The notes beneath the pieces are model-generated. The model was not told where the DNA came from, searched no databases, and saw only the letters and a program-made list of their open reading frames with translations. Of a DNA stretch of 36,469 nucleotides, positions 26,154 to 36,126 are shown piece by piece; the stretch's first letter is position 1; each line of letters begins with the position of its first letter. The stretch comes from an uncultured Methanosarcinales archaeon. GTDB lineage: Archaea; Nanobdellota; Nanobdellia; Woesearchaeales; JAGVZT01. Location of the stretch: assembly GCA_964419615.1 (NCBI GenBank), contig CAYQPU010000015.1, forward strand, positions 1 through 36,469. Direction: 5' to 3'. Both the position numbers and the translations under genes were made by a program.

Positions 26154-28265
26154 CTAAGTTTCTGAACCTGGAGGAGGAAGAGGCGTTTCTTCAACTGCTT
26201 CCACATCAAGTCCACCAGTACTTTCGGGTAATGGTTTAAATGATTCTATACATGAATCTTTTACGTTTTCGTCTGTTATCTGGTTACAGATATCTTCATC
26301 CTGCTCCATAAGAGCTTTATTATATAATATACTGTTCTTACAGTCTGCAATCTGATCTTTTTCATTTAGACTATTACATAATGATTCATCATTACTCTCA
26401 TAAGCCTTGTTCATTGTCACACTATCTTCACATTGCTCTGTTTGCTCTTGTGTACTCAACTTTGCACAAAGACTTGAATCACTGTCCATAGTTGCTTTAT
26501 TATAGTTGACTTGATCCTCACAATTGGTTTTGCTTTCTGCACTTAACTTTCCACACTCGCTTACATCTCCTGATTCAAAAGCTTTTGAGTTGATAATCAT
26601 CTCAACACAGGATTGTTTGGATTCTTCTGAACTCAACTTATTACATAATTGTTCATTATTTTCTGCAGTTGCTTTGTCCATTAGTATTGAATCAGTACAA
26701 CTGTTTCTAGATTCCTCTGAACTTATTTTCTTACATAGGTTCTCATCAGCACCTTCCATTGCCTTGCTAAATATTATTCCCTCAACACAAGAATCTATTG
26801 ATTGTTTATTAGATATCTTGTTACATGCTGATTCATCATTATTTTCATAAGCTTGGTTTTCATAGAAACTATCCTTACAACTAGTTTGAAGTTCTGAGGT
26901 GCTTAACTGACCACATAGGTTGATGTTCTGGTCAGTAAAGACTTGGTTTTGAATTATCATGTCTTTACATGAAGTTTTGGATTGGTCAGAACTTAACTTA
27001 TTACATAGGTTTGAATCTCCTTGTTCAGTTGCTTTGCTCTGTAGGATACTATCTGTACATGATGTTTTTTGCTCTTGATTGGTTAATTTTGAACATAAAG
27101 ATTCATCATTTTCTTGGAATGCTTGTTCTTGGAAATAATTGTCTTTACAATTATTCTTCAACTCAGTTGAACTCATTTTATTACACAAGGATACATCTCC
27201 TCCGGAAAAGACTTTACTTTGTAATGTTTGATCCTTACATTCCGCAGCAGCTTCAGAATCCAGTTTGTTACATAGACTTTCATCTCCTTGCTCTTGAGCC
27301 TTATTACTGATTATCCAATTGACACAAATGGCTTTTATGTCCTTGTTACTAATAGAAGAACACATTTTTTCATCATTCTGTTCAGTAGCTTGACTCTGAA
27401 TGATCTGATCCTCACAAGATATCTGCATTTCTTTTGAGCTAAGTTTCTTACACAAAGATATATCTTGGTCAGTTGATGCTTTTAATTGGATTATACTATC
27501 CGTACACATTAACTCTTGATCCTTAGAACTGAGTTTTGAACATAGTTTTTCATCCATGCCTTCCATTGCTTGATTTTGCCAGATACTATCTTCACAATTT
27601 GCTTTAGATTCATCATTCATTTTTCCACAAAGCTGGATGTCATTAGATGCCATTGCTTTATTGAAATTTATATTGTCTTCACAATCTTGTTTAGTCTCTT
27701 CTTTACTTATCTTCTTACAGAAGCCTACATCATCGCCTTGAAATGCCTGGTTTTGGTAAACACTATCTTTACAATCATTCTTATTCTCTTCTGAGCTCAT
27801 TTTATTACAAACAGATGCATCGTTTCCAGAAAATGCCAGATTTTGAACAACCATGTCTGAACAGCTTGTCTTTGCTTCGGGGGAGCTTAGTTGTAAGCAT
27901 AATTTTTCATCATTCTGCTCAAAAGCCTGATTTTGCCACATATTATCTAAGCAATTAGCTTTTAGCTCTGGATTAGAAATCTTATTACAATAGGATTTAT
28001 CATTAAACATTGATGCAGTATCTGCATAGCATTGCTGCTCAGCAAAAGTTTTACATTCTTCAAAATAGCCTGCCGTGTCTTGCGGTGAGGCAGATGGTCC
28101 TTGTGCTGTTAGTGTTTCTTCTGCACTTTCAGTTACGGCCATGCCAGTTGGACTTTCTCCACTCTGCATACTTAATATCAACACCATCCCAATTAGAATT
28201 ACAGCTGATATAATGTATAATCTATTTTGTTCTTTAGATAGAAACCTATTTATTGATTTTTTCAT
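26154..28265 (-). CDS. Membrane-anchored extracellular protein with about 20 Cys-rich 30-aa repeats
   Basis: N-terminal TM helix; repeat C-x11-C-x17, e.g. CNKISNPELKANCLDNMWQNQAFEQNDEKL. Confidence 0.9.
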   Translation of the reverse strand: MKKSINRFLSKEQNRLYIISAVILIGMVLILSMQSGESPTGMAVTESAEETLTAQGPSASPQDTAGYFEECKTFAEQQCYADTASMFNDKSYCNKISNPELKANCLDNMWQNQAFEQNDEKLCLQLSSPEAKTSCSDMVVQNLAFSGNDASVCNKMSSEENKNDCKDSVYQNQAFQGDDVGFCKKISKEETKQDCEDNINFNKAMASNDIQLCGKMNDESKANCEDSIWQNQAMEGMDEKLCSKLSSKDQELMCTDSIIQLKASTDQDISLCKKLSSKEMQISCEDQIIQSQATEQNDEKMCSSISNKDIKAICVNWIISNKAQEQGDESLCNKLDSEAAAECKDQTLQSKVFSGGDVSLCNKMSSTELKNNCKDNYFQEQAFQENDESLCSKLTNQEQKTSCTDSILQSKATEQGDSNLCNKLSSDQSKTSCKDMIIQNQVFTDQNINLCGQLSTSELQTSCKDSFYENQAYENNDESACNKISNKQSIDSCVEGIIFSKAMEGADENLCKKISSEESRNSCTDSILMDKATAENNEQLCNKLSSEESKQSCVEMIINSKAFESGDVSECGKLSAESKTNCEDQVNYNKATMDSDSSLCAKLSTQEQTEQCEDSVTMNKAYESNDESLCNSLNEKDQIADCKNSILYNKALMEQDEDICNQITDENVKDSCIESFKPLPESTGGLDVEAVEETPLPPPGSET

Positions 28266-28440
28266 AATTCCCCCCCTTTATATATTAATTTAATATGATG
28301 CTAATAAAAATTTTGATTTTGGTATTTAATATTATTGGACTACTTTCGAATGGTAAATTATTTTTTGATGAATTCCTGGAACTCACACCATAGTGTTTGT
28401 AGAAATCATTAAATATGTTATTATCTTTTTTGAGTTCCAC

Positions 28441-28701
28441 ATGTCCAAATTGAATAAACTAGACCTAGGAATTGCAAGTCTAACAATGTCAGTAATGTTA
28501 GATTATGGTATTGGAGGTATGCTTTCTAGTCCAACTTTACATGATTATTTTGGAATTCAATTCTCTCAACCAGTACAAACCATTGAGGATGTAATTTATG
28601 CAGTTGGAATAACTTATGCTATATTTGCACCTGGAATTAAATCAATGATAAAGAATAAATCAAATACAGATGAATTTGTTTATGAAGGTAATGGTGTTTA
28701 A
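28441..28701 (+). CDS. Small hypothetical membrane protein
   Basis: 86 aa from ATG 28441 with two hydrophobic segments. Confidence 0.5.
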   Translation: MSKLNKLDLGIASLTMSVMLDYGIGGMLSSPTLHDYFGIQFSQPVQTIEDVIYAVGITYAIFAPGIKSMIKNKSNTDEFVYEGNGV

Positions 28702-28774
28702 TTATTCTTAAGATTGCAAAAACCAAAACTTTTTAATAATACCTTTTGATGAGATAGTTAAAAAGAGGTATGAA

Positions 28775-30052
28775 ATGAGTTTTAAGATTTCTAGAGTTAA
28801 GGCAAGACAAGTTCTTGATTCAAGAGGTAATCCAACTGTTGAGGTTGATATTCAAACTAGAATTTGGAGAGGTCGTGCTAAGGTTCCAAGTGGTGCATCA
28901 ACTGGTAAGCATGAAGCTTTGGAACTTAGGGATGGCGGCGATTTGTATGGTGGCAAAGGTGTTCAGAAAGCTGTTAACAATATCAAAAGGAAGATCGCTC
29001 CAAAGATTAAGGGAAAAGATGTTAGAAGACAAAGATCAATTGATAATCTTTTAATTAAACTTGATAATACTCCAAATAAATCCAATTTAGGTGCAAATGC
29101 TACATTGGGGGTTAGTTTAGCATGTGCTAGGGCTGGTTCTCATGCAAGCCATATATTGTATTATAAGTATTTGGCAAAATTAAGCAAGAACAAGAAGCTT
29201 GTTTTGCCTGTTCCATTTATGAATGTTATTAATGGTGGCGAGCATGCAGATAATAACCTTTGTTTTCAGGAGTTTATGATTGTTCCTTTAATGAAAACAT
29301 ATAAAGATTCTTTAAGGGCTGCTGTTGAGACTTTTCACATTTTAAAAGATATTATTCATAAAAAGTATGGTAAAGGGGCATCTAATGTTGGTGATGAAGG
29401 TGGTTTTGCTCCAAATGTTAGAGGAGTTAAAGATGCTTTGAATTTATTGGTTAAGGCTATTGATACTGCAGGTTATACTGGAAAGATTAAAATTGCAATG
29501 GATGCTGCAGCATCTTATTTTTACAAAAACGGAAGATATGTTATTAATAGCAAGAAGCTTACTACATCAAAGTTAATTGATTTGTATGAATCAATTATTA
29601 AAGATTATCCAATTGTTTCTATTGAGGATCCATTACATGAGGAGGATTTTGAGGGTTTTGCAGAGGTTCTTTCAATTGCTAAGAAAAAAAGAGTTATGGT
29701 TGTTGGTGACGATCTAACTGTTACAAATGTTAGAAGGATTCAAGAGGCAATAAAACATAATAGTTGTAATTGTTTGCTGTTAAAGGTTAATCAAGTTGGA
29801 ACTTTAAGTGAAGCTATTGATGCTGCAAAACTTGCAACTAAGAATAAATGGAAGATTATGGTATCTCATAGGAGTGGAGAGACATCTGATGATTTTATTG
29901 CTGATTTTGCTGTTGGTTTGGGATGTGGGATGATAAAGGCAGGTGCACCGGATAGGGGAGAGAGAACTGCAAAGTATAATGAGCTTTTAAGGATAGAAGA
30001 AAAACTGGGCAAAAAAGCAGTTTATGGTAAATCAATTCTAAGACTAAGATGA
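28775..30052 (+). CDS. eno: Enolase
   Basis: DSRGNPTVEV, VPSGASTG.HEA.ELRD, GDEGGFAP, LLKVNQ.G and SHRSGET. Confidence 0.98.
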   Translation: MSFKISRVKARQVLDSRGNPTVEVDIQTRIWRGRAKVPSGASTGKHEALELRDGGDLYGGKGVQKAVNNIKRKIAPKIKGKDVRRQRSIDNLLIKLDNTPNKSNLGANATLGVSLACARAGSHASHILYYKYLAKLSKNKKLVLPVPFMNVINGGEHADNNLCFQEFMIVPLMKTYKDSLRAAVETFHILKDIIHKKYGKGASNVGDEGGFAPNVRGVKDALNLLVKAIDTAGYTGKIKIAMDAAASYFYKNGRYVINSKKLTTSKLIDLYESIIKDYPIVSIEDPLHEEDFEGFAEVLSIAKKKRVMVVGDDLTVTNVRRIQEAIKHNSCNCLLLKVNQVGTLSEAIDAAKLATKNKWKIMVSHRSGETSDDFIADFAVGLGCGMIKAGAPDRGERTAKYNELLRIEEKLGKKAVYGKSILRLR

Positions 30053-30861
30053 CTGATTTTAAGAAATTAGAGGAGTTGTCAACGCAGATTAGAATAGATA
30101 CCTTAAAGATGATTGCTGCTGCAAAGAGTGGTCATCCTGGAGGTAGCTTAAGTGCTACAGATATTATTACTGTTCTTTATTTTCACGAGATGAATTATAG
30201 GGCAGATGATCCTGATTGGCCAGATAGAGATAGATTTATTTTGTCAAAAGCTCATTGTTGTCCTGCTTTGTATGCTGCTATGGGTCATGCTGGTTTTTTT
30301 GATGTTAAGGACACATTAACATTTAGAAGTCTGGGATCTCCTTTTCAAGGACATTCATCAAAGCTTCATCTTAAAGGAGTTGAAGCAAGTGGTGGATCTC
30401 TTGGTCAAGGTTTGAGTGTTGCTATTGGCATTGCACTAGCAGGAAAACTTGATAAAAAAGATTATCGAGTTTTTTGTATGTTAGGTGATGGTGAGCTTAA
30501 TGAGGGTCAGATCTGGGAGTCAGCAATGACCGCATCAAAATTCAAGTTAAATAACTTGGTGGCGATTGTTGATTATAATAAAATTCAACTTTCTGGAAAA
30601 GTAAAGGACATAAAACCCTTGGATCCACTTGTTGTTAAGTGGAAGTCTTTTGGATGGAATGTTATTGAGATTGATGGTCATGATTTTAAACAAATTGTTT
30701 TAGCGTTTAACAAAGCTAGGAAAACAAAGCATAAACCCACAGTTATTATTGCTAATACTGTTAAGGGTAAAGGCGTTAGGTTTATGCAGAATAAATGGGA
30801 GTGGCATGGTATGCCCCCTAATGAAGATCAACTTAGAAAAGCTCTAAAGGAGTTAGAATAA
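30049..30861 (+). CDS. Transketolase, N-terminal subunit
   Basis: SGHPGGSLS, DRFILSKAH, GSLGQG and ThDP motif GDGE...N. Confidence 0.96.
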   Translation: MTDFKKLEELSTQIRIDTLKMIAAAKSGHPGGSLSATDIITVLYFHEMNYRADDPDWPDRDRFILSKAHCCPALYAAMGHAGFFDVKDTLTFRSLGSPFQGHSSKLHLKGVEASGGSLGQGLSVAIGIALAGKLDKKDYRVFCMLGDGELNEGQIWESAMTASKFKLNNLVAIVDYNKIQLSGKVKDIKPLDPLVVKWKSFGWNVIEIDGHDFKQIVLAFNKARKTKHKPTVIIANTVKGKGVRFMQNKWEWHGMPPNEDQLRKALKELE

Positions 30862-31784
30862 TGAAAAAAGAATTTGCTAGAAAAGGTTTTGGTGAAGCTC
30901 TTGCTGAGTTGGCCCAAGATAATCCTAATGTTGTTGTACTCGATGCTGATTTGTGGCCAAGTACAAAGATCAAACCATTTATGGATAAATTTAGAAAAAG
31001 ATTTTTTGAGATTGGTATTTCTGAACAGGATATGATTGGAATTGCTGCTGGCCTGAGTTTTTGTGGTAAGATCCCATTTACAAGTTCATTTGGGATTTTT
31101 ACTCCAGGCAATTGTTATGGTCAGACAAGACTGAGTGTGGCTTTTGCTAATGCTAATGTTAAAATCTGTTCTAGCCACTGTGGGATTGATTTTGGAAAGG
31201 ATGGAGGTAATGCTCAAGTTATTGAAGATATTGCCATTACTCGAGCTTTGCCTAATTTCACTGTTATTGCTCCTTGTGATTATTTTGAAACAAAAAAAGC
31301 AGTGCATTGGGCTGCACGAATTAATGGACCTGTTTATTTGAGATTTGGTAGGAGTAAGTGGCCAATTATCACTAACTTTGAGTCTAATTTTAAAGTTGGC
31401 AAAGCTGAGATTATGAGGGATGGTTGTGACGCTACTGTTGTTGGGTGTGGTCTTATGGTTTATAATGCATTAAAAGCTGCAGAGATTTTAAAAGATGAAC
31501 TTGATGTTAGAGTTATTAATTGCCATACCATAAAACCAATTGATAAAGACACTTTGATTAGAGCTGCAAAACAGACTGGCAGAGTTGTTACTGCTGAAGA
31601 CCATAATGTTTTTGGTGGCCTTGGAAGTGCTGTTGCAGAAGTTCTTGTGGAAAACTATCCTGTTCCAATGAGGTTTGTTGGTGTTAAGGATAGGTTTGGT
31701 CAATCTGGTAAGCCTGATGAGTTGTATAAAGAGTATGGATTAACTCCAGAAGATATTGTTAAAGCAATTAGAGAATTAGTTTAA
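30861..31784 (+). CDS. Transketolase, C-terminal subunit
   Basis: FFEIGISEQ, G.DG..AQ..ED, GPVYLRFGR, TIKPID and FGQSG.P.EL. Confidence 0.95.
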   Translation: MKKEFARKGFGEALAELAQDNPNVVVLDADLWPSTKIKPFMDKFRKRFFEIGISEQDMIGIAAGLSFCGKIPFTSSFGIFTPGNCYGQTRLSVAFANANVKICSSHCGIDFGKDGGNAQVIEDIAITRALPNFTVIAPCDYFETKKAVHWAARINGPVYLRFGRSKWPIITNFESNFKVGKAEIMRDGCDATVVGCGLMVYNALKAAEILKDELDVRVINCHTIKPIDKDTLIRAAKQTGRVVTAEDHNVFGGLGSAVAEVLVENYPVPMRFVGVKDRFGQSGKPDELYKEYGLTPEDIVKAIRELV

Positions 31785-31799
31785 GTTAAGATTATAATA

Positions 31800-32243
31800 C
31801 TACAATTGTTCTATCATTCTTATTTGTCTAACTCTTCTTTTGTGCCTTCTACCTTGGATTTTTTCTGATAAGAAAACACCAACAATTCTTTTAGCAGTTG
31901 TGGGGTTTGTTTTTTTGCTTAAGCAAATTATGTTTGCATGGTTTTTCTGTCTGGTTTTTCTTGCCTCTGTTACAGTATGCACCACAGCTGCTCTGATCCC
32001 ATCTACTTTGTTTGCTGCAATGCTCATTCCAATTCCACTTGAACAAATTAAAATTCCTTTTGTATTGTTTTGCTTTACATACTGAGCAACTTTTAGAGCG
32101 TACTTAGGATAGTCATCACCTTTATCATACTCTAAATTTCCAAGATCAATGTGTTTTGTACCTTTTTTCTCTAGATAGTCACTGATTTGAGACTTTAATC
32201 TAAAGCCACCATGATCTGCTCCGATTGCGATTAGTTTAGGCAT
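31800..32243 (-). CDS. rpiB: Ribose-5-phosphate isomerase B
   Basis: IAIGADHGG, DDYP and ICSSGIGMSIAANKVDGIRAA; ATG at 32243. Confidence 0.95.
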   Translation of the reverse strand: MPKLIAIGADHGGFRLKSQISDYLEKKGTKHIDLGNLEYDKGDDYPKYALKVAQYVKQNNTKGILICSSGIGMSIAANKVDGIRAAVVHTVTEARKTRQKNHANIICLSKKTNPTTAKRIVGVFLSEKIQGRRHKRRVRQIRMIEQL

Positions 32244-32310
32244 TTTTAAAAAAAACTTTGAGATATCAGATATAAAAAACTTTATAAACCTTTTTGTTTT
32301 GACAATGCAC

Positions 32311-32934
32311 ATGGTAAAGGTAGGAGTTACCATCTTAAATGCAGATTATGGCAATATGCAAAGTGAAGTAGATAAAGTTAGTAATGCTGATTTCTTACAT
32401 CTTGATGTTACAGACGGTCATTTTGTACCTAGTCTGAGTTTTGGTCCAAAGATGGTAAAGGATCTTAAAACAAAACTTAAGAAAAATGTTCATCTTATGA
32501 TTGAGAACCCGGAGTTATTTGTGGACAGTTTTATTGATGCTGGAGCAGATATGGTTATTGTGCATCTTGAAGCTTGTCAAGATCTTGATGCTTTAATTAA
32601 ACATGTTAAAAAAAGGAAAGTTAGGATTGGCTTATCAATAAAAGCAGAAACAAAACCTTACTGGTTAAGATATTATCTTGAGGCTGTGGATTTAATCCTG
32701 GTGATGTGTATTCCTGCTGGGTTTGGTGGACAGAAATTTATGTACAGTTCCCTTGAAAAGATCGAAGAGATAAGGCAGATGAATAAGAAAATAGATATTG
32801 CTGTTGATGGAGGGATTAACAAAGAGACCGGTAAACTGTGCGCACTTGCTGGAGCAGATATTTTAGTTAGCGGGACTTTTGTTTTTGCTAGTAAGGATCC
32901 AAAAAAAGCTGTTGATATTCTTAAGTCACTTTAA
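32311..32934 (+). CDS. rpe: Ribulose-phosphate 3-epimerase
   Basis: HLDVTDGHFVP, HLMI, GFGGQKF and VDGGIN; divergent from rpiB. Confidence 0.96.
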   Translation: MVKVGVTILNADYGNMQSEVDKVSNADFLHLDVTDGHFVPSLSFGPKMVKDLKTKLKKNVHLMIENPELFVDSFIDAGADMVIVHLEACQDLDALIKHVKKRKVRIGLSIKAETKPYWLRYYLEAVDLILVMCIPAGFGGQKFMYSSLEKIEEIRQMNKKIDIAVDGGINKETGKLCALAGADILVSGTFVFASKDPKKAVDILKSL

Positions 32935-33586
32935 CTTTGTATTCAAAGTAGTCATCCCATGGGTTTTCAAGTCTCATCATTTGTTCTACAGTTAATTTTT
33001 CAAAGTATCTTCTAAATGGTCTCATTGAATTCCCATGAGCAGAGATTGCAACATTAACTTTGTTTTTCTTTATGTATTTTAATAATTGTTTGATAAATGG
33101 AAGTACTCTTTTTTCTACCACTTTTATACTTTCTCCTCCTGGTGGAGGGATTTTATATGACCTATGAATTATATCAAATTCAGATTTACCAACTTCTCTT
33201 ATGAATTTTTCTCGATCTTTTCCATTTAGGTTATCTATTTTGTGCCAATGCCTTAGAGTTTTGTATGTATCTAGTCCTTCTCTGTTAATGAACCATTTAT
33301 GTGTTCTTCCTTCTAATTCACCATAACTTCTTTCAAGCATACGATCATCTTGGATTACTGTTTTGCATTCAGGATGATATTTTAGAACTTCTTTAAGTGT
33401 GTGTTTTGATCTTGTTAAGTGAGTGTGATAAGCAACTTGGAATTTATTATCTTTTAGTTTTTTTGCCAGCTTTTTTGCACTTCTAATTCCTTTTGGAGAT
33501 AGTTTTGAATCTTTGTGTCCGCAGAAAATGTGTTTTTGGTTATAAAAAGTTTCTGCATGTCTGAAGATGTAGATTTTTTTGTTCAT
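32921..33586 (-). CDS. gpmA: Cofactor-dependent phosphoglycerate mutase (histidine phosphatase family)
   Basis: RHAET, ERSYGELEG, PPGGES and AHGNSMR; located next to glycolysis/PPP genes. Confidence 0.85.
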   Translation of the reverse strand: MNKKIYIFRHAETFYNQKHIFCGHKDSKLSPKGIRSAKKLAKKLKDNKFQVAYHTHLTRSKHTLKEVLKYHPECKTVIQDDRMLERSYGELEGRTHKWFINREGLDTYKTLRHWHKIDNLNGKDREKFIREVGKSEFDIIHRSYKIPPPGGESIKVVEKRVLPFIKQLLKYIKKNKVNVAISAHGNSMRPFRRYFEKLTVEQMMRLENPWDDYFEYKVKVT

Positions 33587-33648
33587 GAACTATCTCATAA
33601 GTTGACTATTTAAAAAGTTTTCTGAACAGAATAAATTTATCAGTATTA

Positions 33649-34155
33649 TTAACTAGTAGCTTCAATTTCTTTTATCTTATTTTTTATGTGTTCGATTGTC
33701 TTTTTGTTGTCTTGCTGTTTTAATAGTTCTCCACATTCTGGACATCTAAAGTTAAAATCAACAGAATCATCAAAATTCATTCGCACGCACAGGTTGCCAC
33801 ACATGTAAAATAAGTCAGTGCTGTTTTCATGCACAAGTCTTTGTTTTAATTTATCTATTTGTTCTTTTTTTAGCTTGTCAGCAAGTTCTTTTATGCCTTT
33901 TTTGTTAAGTGTGAAGAAAGAGATGTACCAGCCTTTTTGCCGGTCTTTTTTCCGAATATAATGGACAATGTTGTGCTCATGCAGAATATATAGTATATTT
34001 CTTACTCTTTGCATATGTAGGTTAGTTACTTCACTTATTTTAAAATCAGAGATATTCTTACGGTCTCGCAAGTAATCAACTATGGGCACAGCTTCCTTTC
34101 CTGCCACTTGTTCTACAATTTCAAAGATTCTCTTATTTGTTAGTCTCATCTTCAT
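33649..34155 (-). CDS. tfe: Transcription factor E (TFIIE-alpha homolog)
   Basis: Winged helix with VRNILYIL and GWYI, plus Zn ribbon C..C...FRCPECG. Start could be 34155 or 34149. Confidence 0.92.
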   Translation of the reverse strand: MKMRLTNKRIFEIVEQVAGKEAVPIVDYLRDRKNISDFKISEVTNLHMQRVRNILYILHEHNIVHYIRKKDRQKGWYISFFTLNKKGIKELADKLKKEQIDKLKQRLVHENSTDLFYMCGNLCVRMNFDDSVDFNFRCPECGELLKQQDNKKTIEHIKNKIKEIEATS

Positions 34156-34294
34156 ACAATGAAATTCATTTCTACCTAAGGAACACCTTAGAATCAACTA
34201 TACCAGCATTTCATATGCTGACCTGCTTTTTATATATTGTATGAACAAATGATATATAAACTTTTTGCTTTAATACTCAAGAAATGGCACTAGA

Positions 34295-35998
34295 TTACCT
34301 TCTTTTGAACTTTTTCTCAATTTCTGTTTTTGTTAATTTGATTAAAACTGGTCTTCCATGAGGACAAGTATAAGGAAACTCGGTTTTAGCAAGCTTTTGA
34401 ATTATTTTTGATATTTCAGGTACAGTTAATGGTTGATTTGCTTTGATTGAGGATTTGCAAGCTTTCATTATCAGAGTTTTTTCTTTTTCTTCATCAATTA
34501 AACTCTTTGCTTTTTCAAGTTCCTCGATTAAATCCAGAATTATCTGTGTTCCTTGATTTGGGATAATGACTGGCATTGTTCTAACCACTATTGTGTTTTT
34601 TCCAAATTGTTCGACTTTGAACCCAAGTTTAGTTAGAAGTTCCTTATTTGATAAGGTAAGATTATATTGCTTTGGTTCAAGTTCAATTATTAAGGGATCA
34701 AGTAGTGCTTGAGTTTGTATGTACTCTCCGGATAACTGACTCATGAATTTTTCATAGTTTATTCTTTCTTCTGCTACGTGTTGATCTATTAAGTATAATG
34801 CATTTTCTGATTGCGCCAGGATATAAGTATTATAGAGTTGTCCGATTATTGCCAGATTTGGGAATTTTTCAGTTATGATCTCTTTTTTGTGATCTTGGAG
34901 CAAATGCTGAGTTTGTTTTGGTAAATTGTACGGCTTTGATTTCTTTTTTATTTTCTTTTTTGCTACTAAAAAAGTCTGTTTTGATGGTTTCTCATTTATC
35001 TCGGGGATTAATTCATGTTCTGTGAGGGTTTGTCTTACAACATCAAATACTGCATTGTGAATTTTTTCTTCTTGGGAAAATTTTATCTTTTTTTTTGCAG
35101 GATGTACATTAACATCTATTGATTTGGGTTTGATTATTATTTTTAATATGCAAACAGGAAATCTTTGTGAGTGAGCCAGTGTTCTATATGCATTGTTTAG
35201 TGCTTCACTAATGATTTTGCTTTCTATGTATCTGTTGTTTACAAAAAATGTTTGGTGCGTTTTGTTTGGTTTTGTGTTTAATGGTTTACTCATATAACCG
35301 GTAATTTTTATGTCACCAAATGAGTAGTTAATTTTTAGCATCTGTTCTGAAGTGTACCTACCATAGATATTGGATATGTTTGATAGTGAATCTGTGGTTT
35401 TGGGTGCTATTAGTATCAAATTGTTATCAGATGTTAACTTAAAATATATCTTTGGAAACCCTAGTGCATAGCGAGTTACTATGTCTGTTATTTCTCTTAG
35501 TTCTTGGTTTGCTGATTTAAGGTATTTTTTTCTCGCAGGGGTGTTGTAGAACAAATCCTTGACTTCAATTATTGTACCTTTAGAACAACCTGTTTCATTT
35601 ACTTTCATCTCATTATTTTTGATGTCAACTTGAGTTCCAATTATTGATCTACCTGTTTTGGTTATTAGGGTCATTTCAGAGACTGCTGCAATACTGGAGA
35701 GCGCCTCTCCTCTAAATCCAAGTGTTTGTATATTAAACAGATCTTTTGAGTTTTTTATTTTTGAAGTAGAATGCCTTTCTGATGCCTTTACTGCATCATC
35801 TTCATCCATCCCAGAACCATTGTCTTTTACTGAAATGTACTCCTTTCCACCATCTCTTACTTCAATTACAATGTTGTCTGCTCCAGCATCTAATGAGTTT
35901 TCAATTAGTTCCTTTACTATTGATGCTGGTCTTTCAATTACTTCTCCTGCGGCAATTTTGTTTACAACATCATTATCAAGGACTCTAATTTTTCCCAT
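34295..35998 (-). CDS. mutL: DNA mismatch repair endonuclease MutL
   Basis: IAAGEVIERP, KELIENSLDAGA, GFRGEAL, DQHVAEERINYE, ACK and CPHGRP; ATG at 35998. Confidence 0.97.
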   Translation of the reverse strand: MGKIRVLDNDVVNKIAAGEVIERPASIVKELIENSLDAGADNIVIEVRDGGKEYISVKDNGSGMDEDDAVKASERHSTSKIKNSKDLFNIQTLGFRGEALSSIAAVSEMTLITKTGRSIIGTQVDIKNNEMKVNETGCSKGTIIEVKDLFYNTPARKKYLKSANQELREITDIVTRYALGFPKIYFKLTSDNNLILIAPKTTDSLSNISNIYGRYTSEQMLKINYSFGDIKITGYMSKPLNTKPNKTHQTFFVNNRYIESKIISEALNNAYRTLAHSQRFPVCILKIIIKPKSIDVNVHPAKKKIKFSQEEKIHNAVFDVVRQTLTEHELIPEINEKPSKQTFLVAKKKIKKKSKPYNLPKQTQHLLQDHKKEIITEKFPNLAIIGQLYNTYILAQSENALYLIDQHVAEERINYEKFMSQLSGEYIQTQALLDPLIIELEPKQYNLTLSNKELLTKLGFKVEQFGKNTIVVRTMPVIIPNQGTQIILDLIEELEKAKSLIDEEKEKTLIMKACKSSIKANQPLTVPEISKIIQKLAKTEFPYTCPHGRPVLIKLTKTEIEKKFKRR

Positions 35999-36126
35999 TA
36001 TCTGCAAATAGCGAAATAAATTTATATAGGTTTTGGTGATTTTTTTTACAACTTTTTTTGACAACAAAATTCTTTTATACTTAGGTGTGTTTCTTATTGC
36101 TGTGAGATTGTGAGGGGATGATCTTT

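Noticed and set aside
26154-28265. CRISPR array or DNA tandem repeat
   Set aside because: The periodicity is at the protein level with divergent codons; there are no identical DNA repeats with unique spacers.
32311-32934. Rpe as another pseudo-enzyme (variant DVT and VMCIPAG spellings)
   Set aside because: The metal/catalytic residues HxD, the His of HLM and DGG are all retained.
1265-36011. Numerous 60-180 aa ORFs antisense to or nested in recognised genes (e.g. 2746-2997, 4150-4524, 12432-12827, 18555-19085, 35658-36011)
   Set aside because: Shadow ORFs of well-supported genes, with no motifs and atypical composition.
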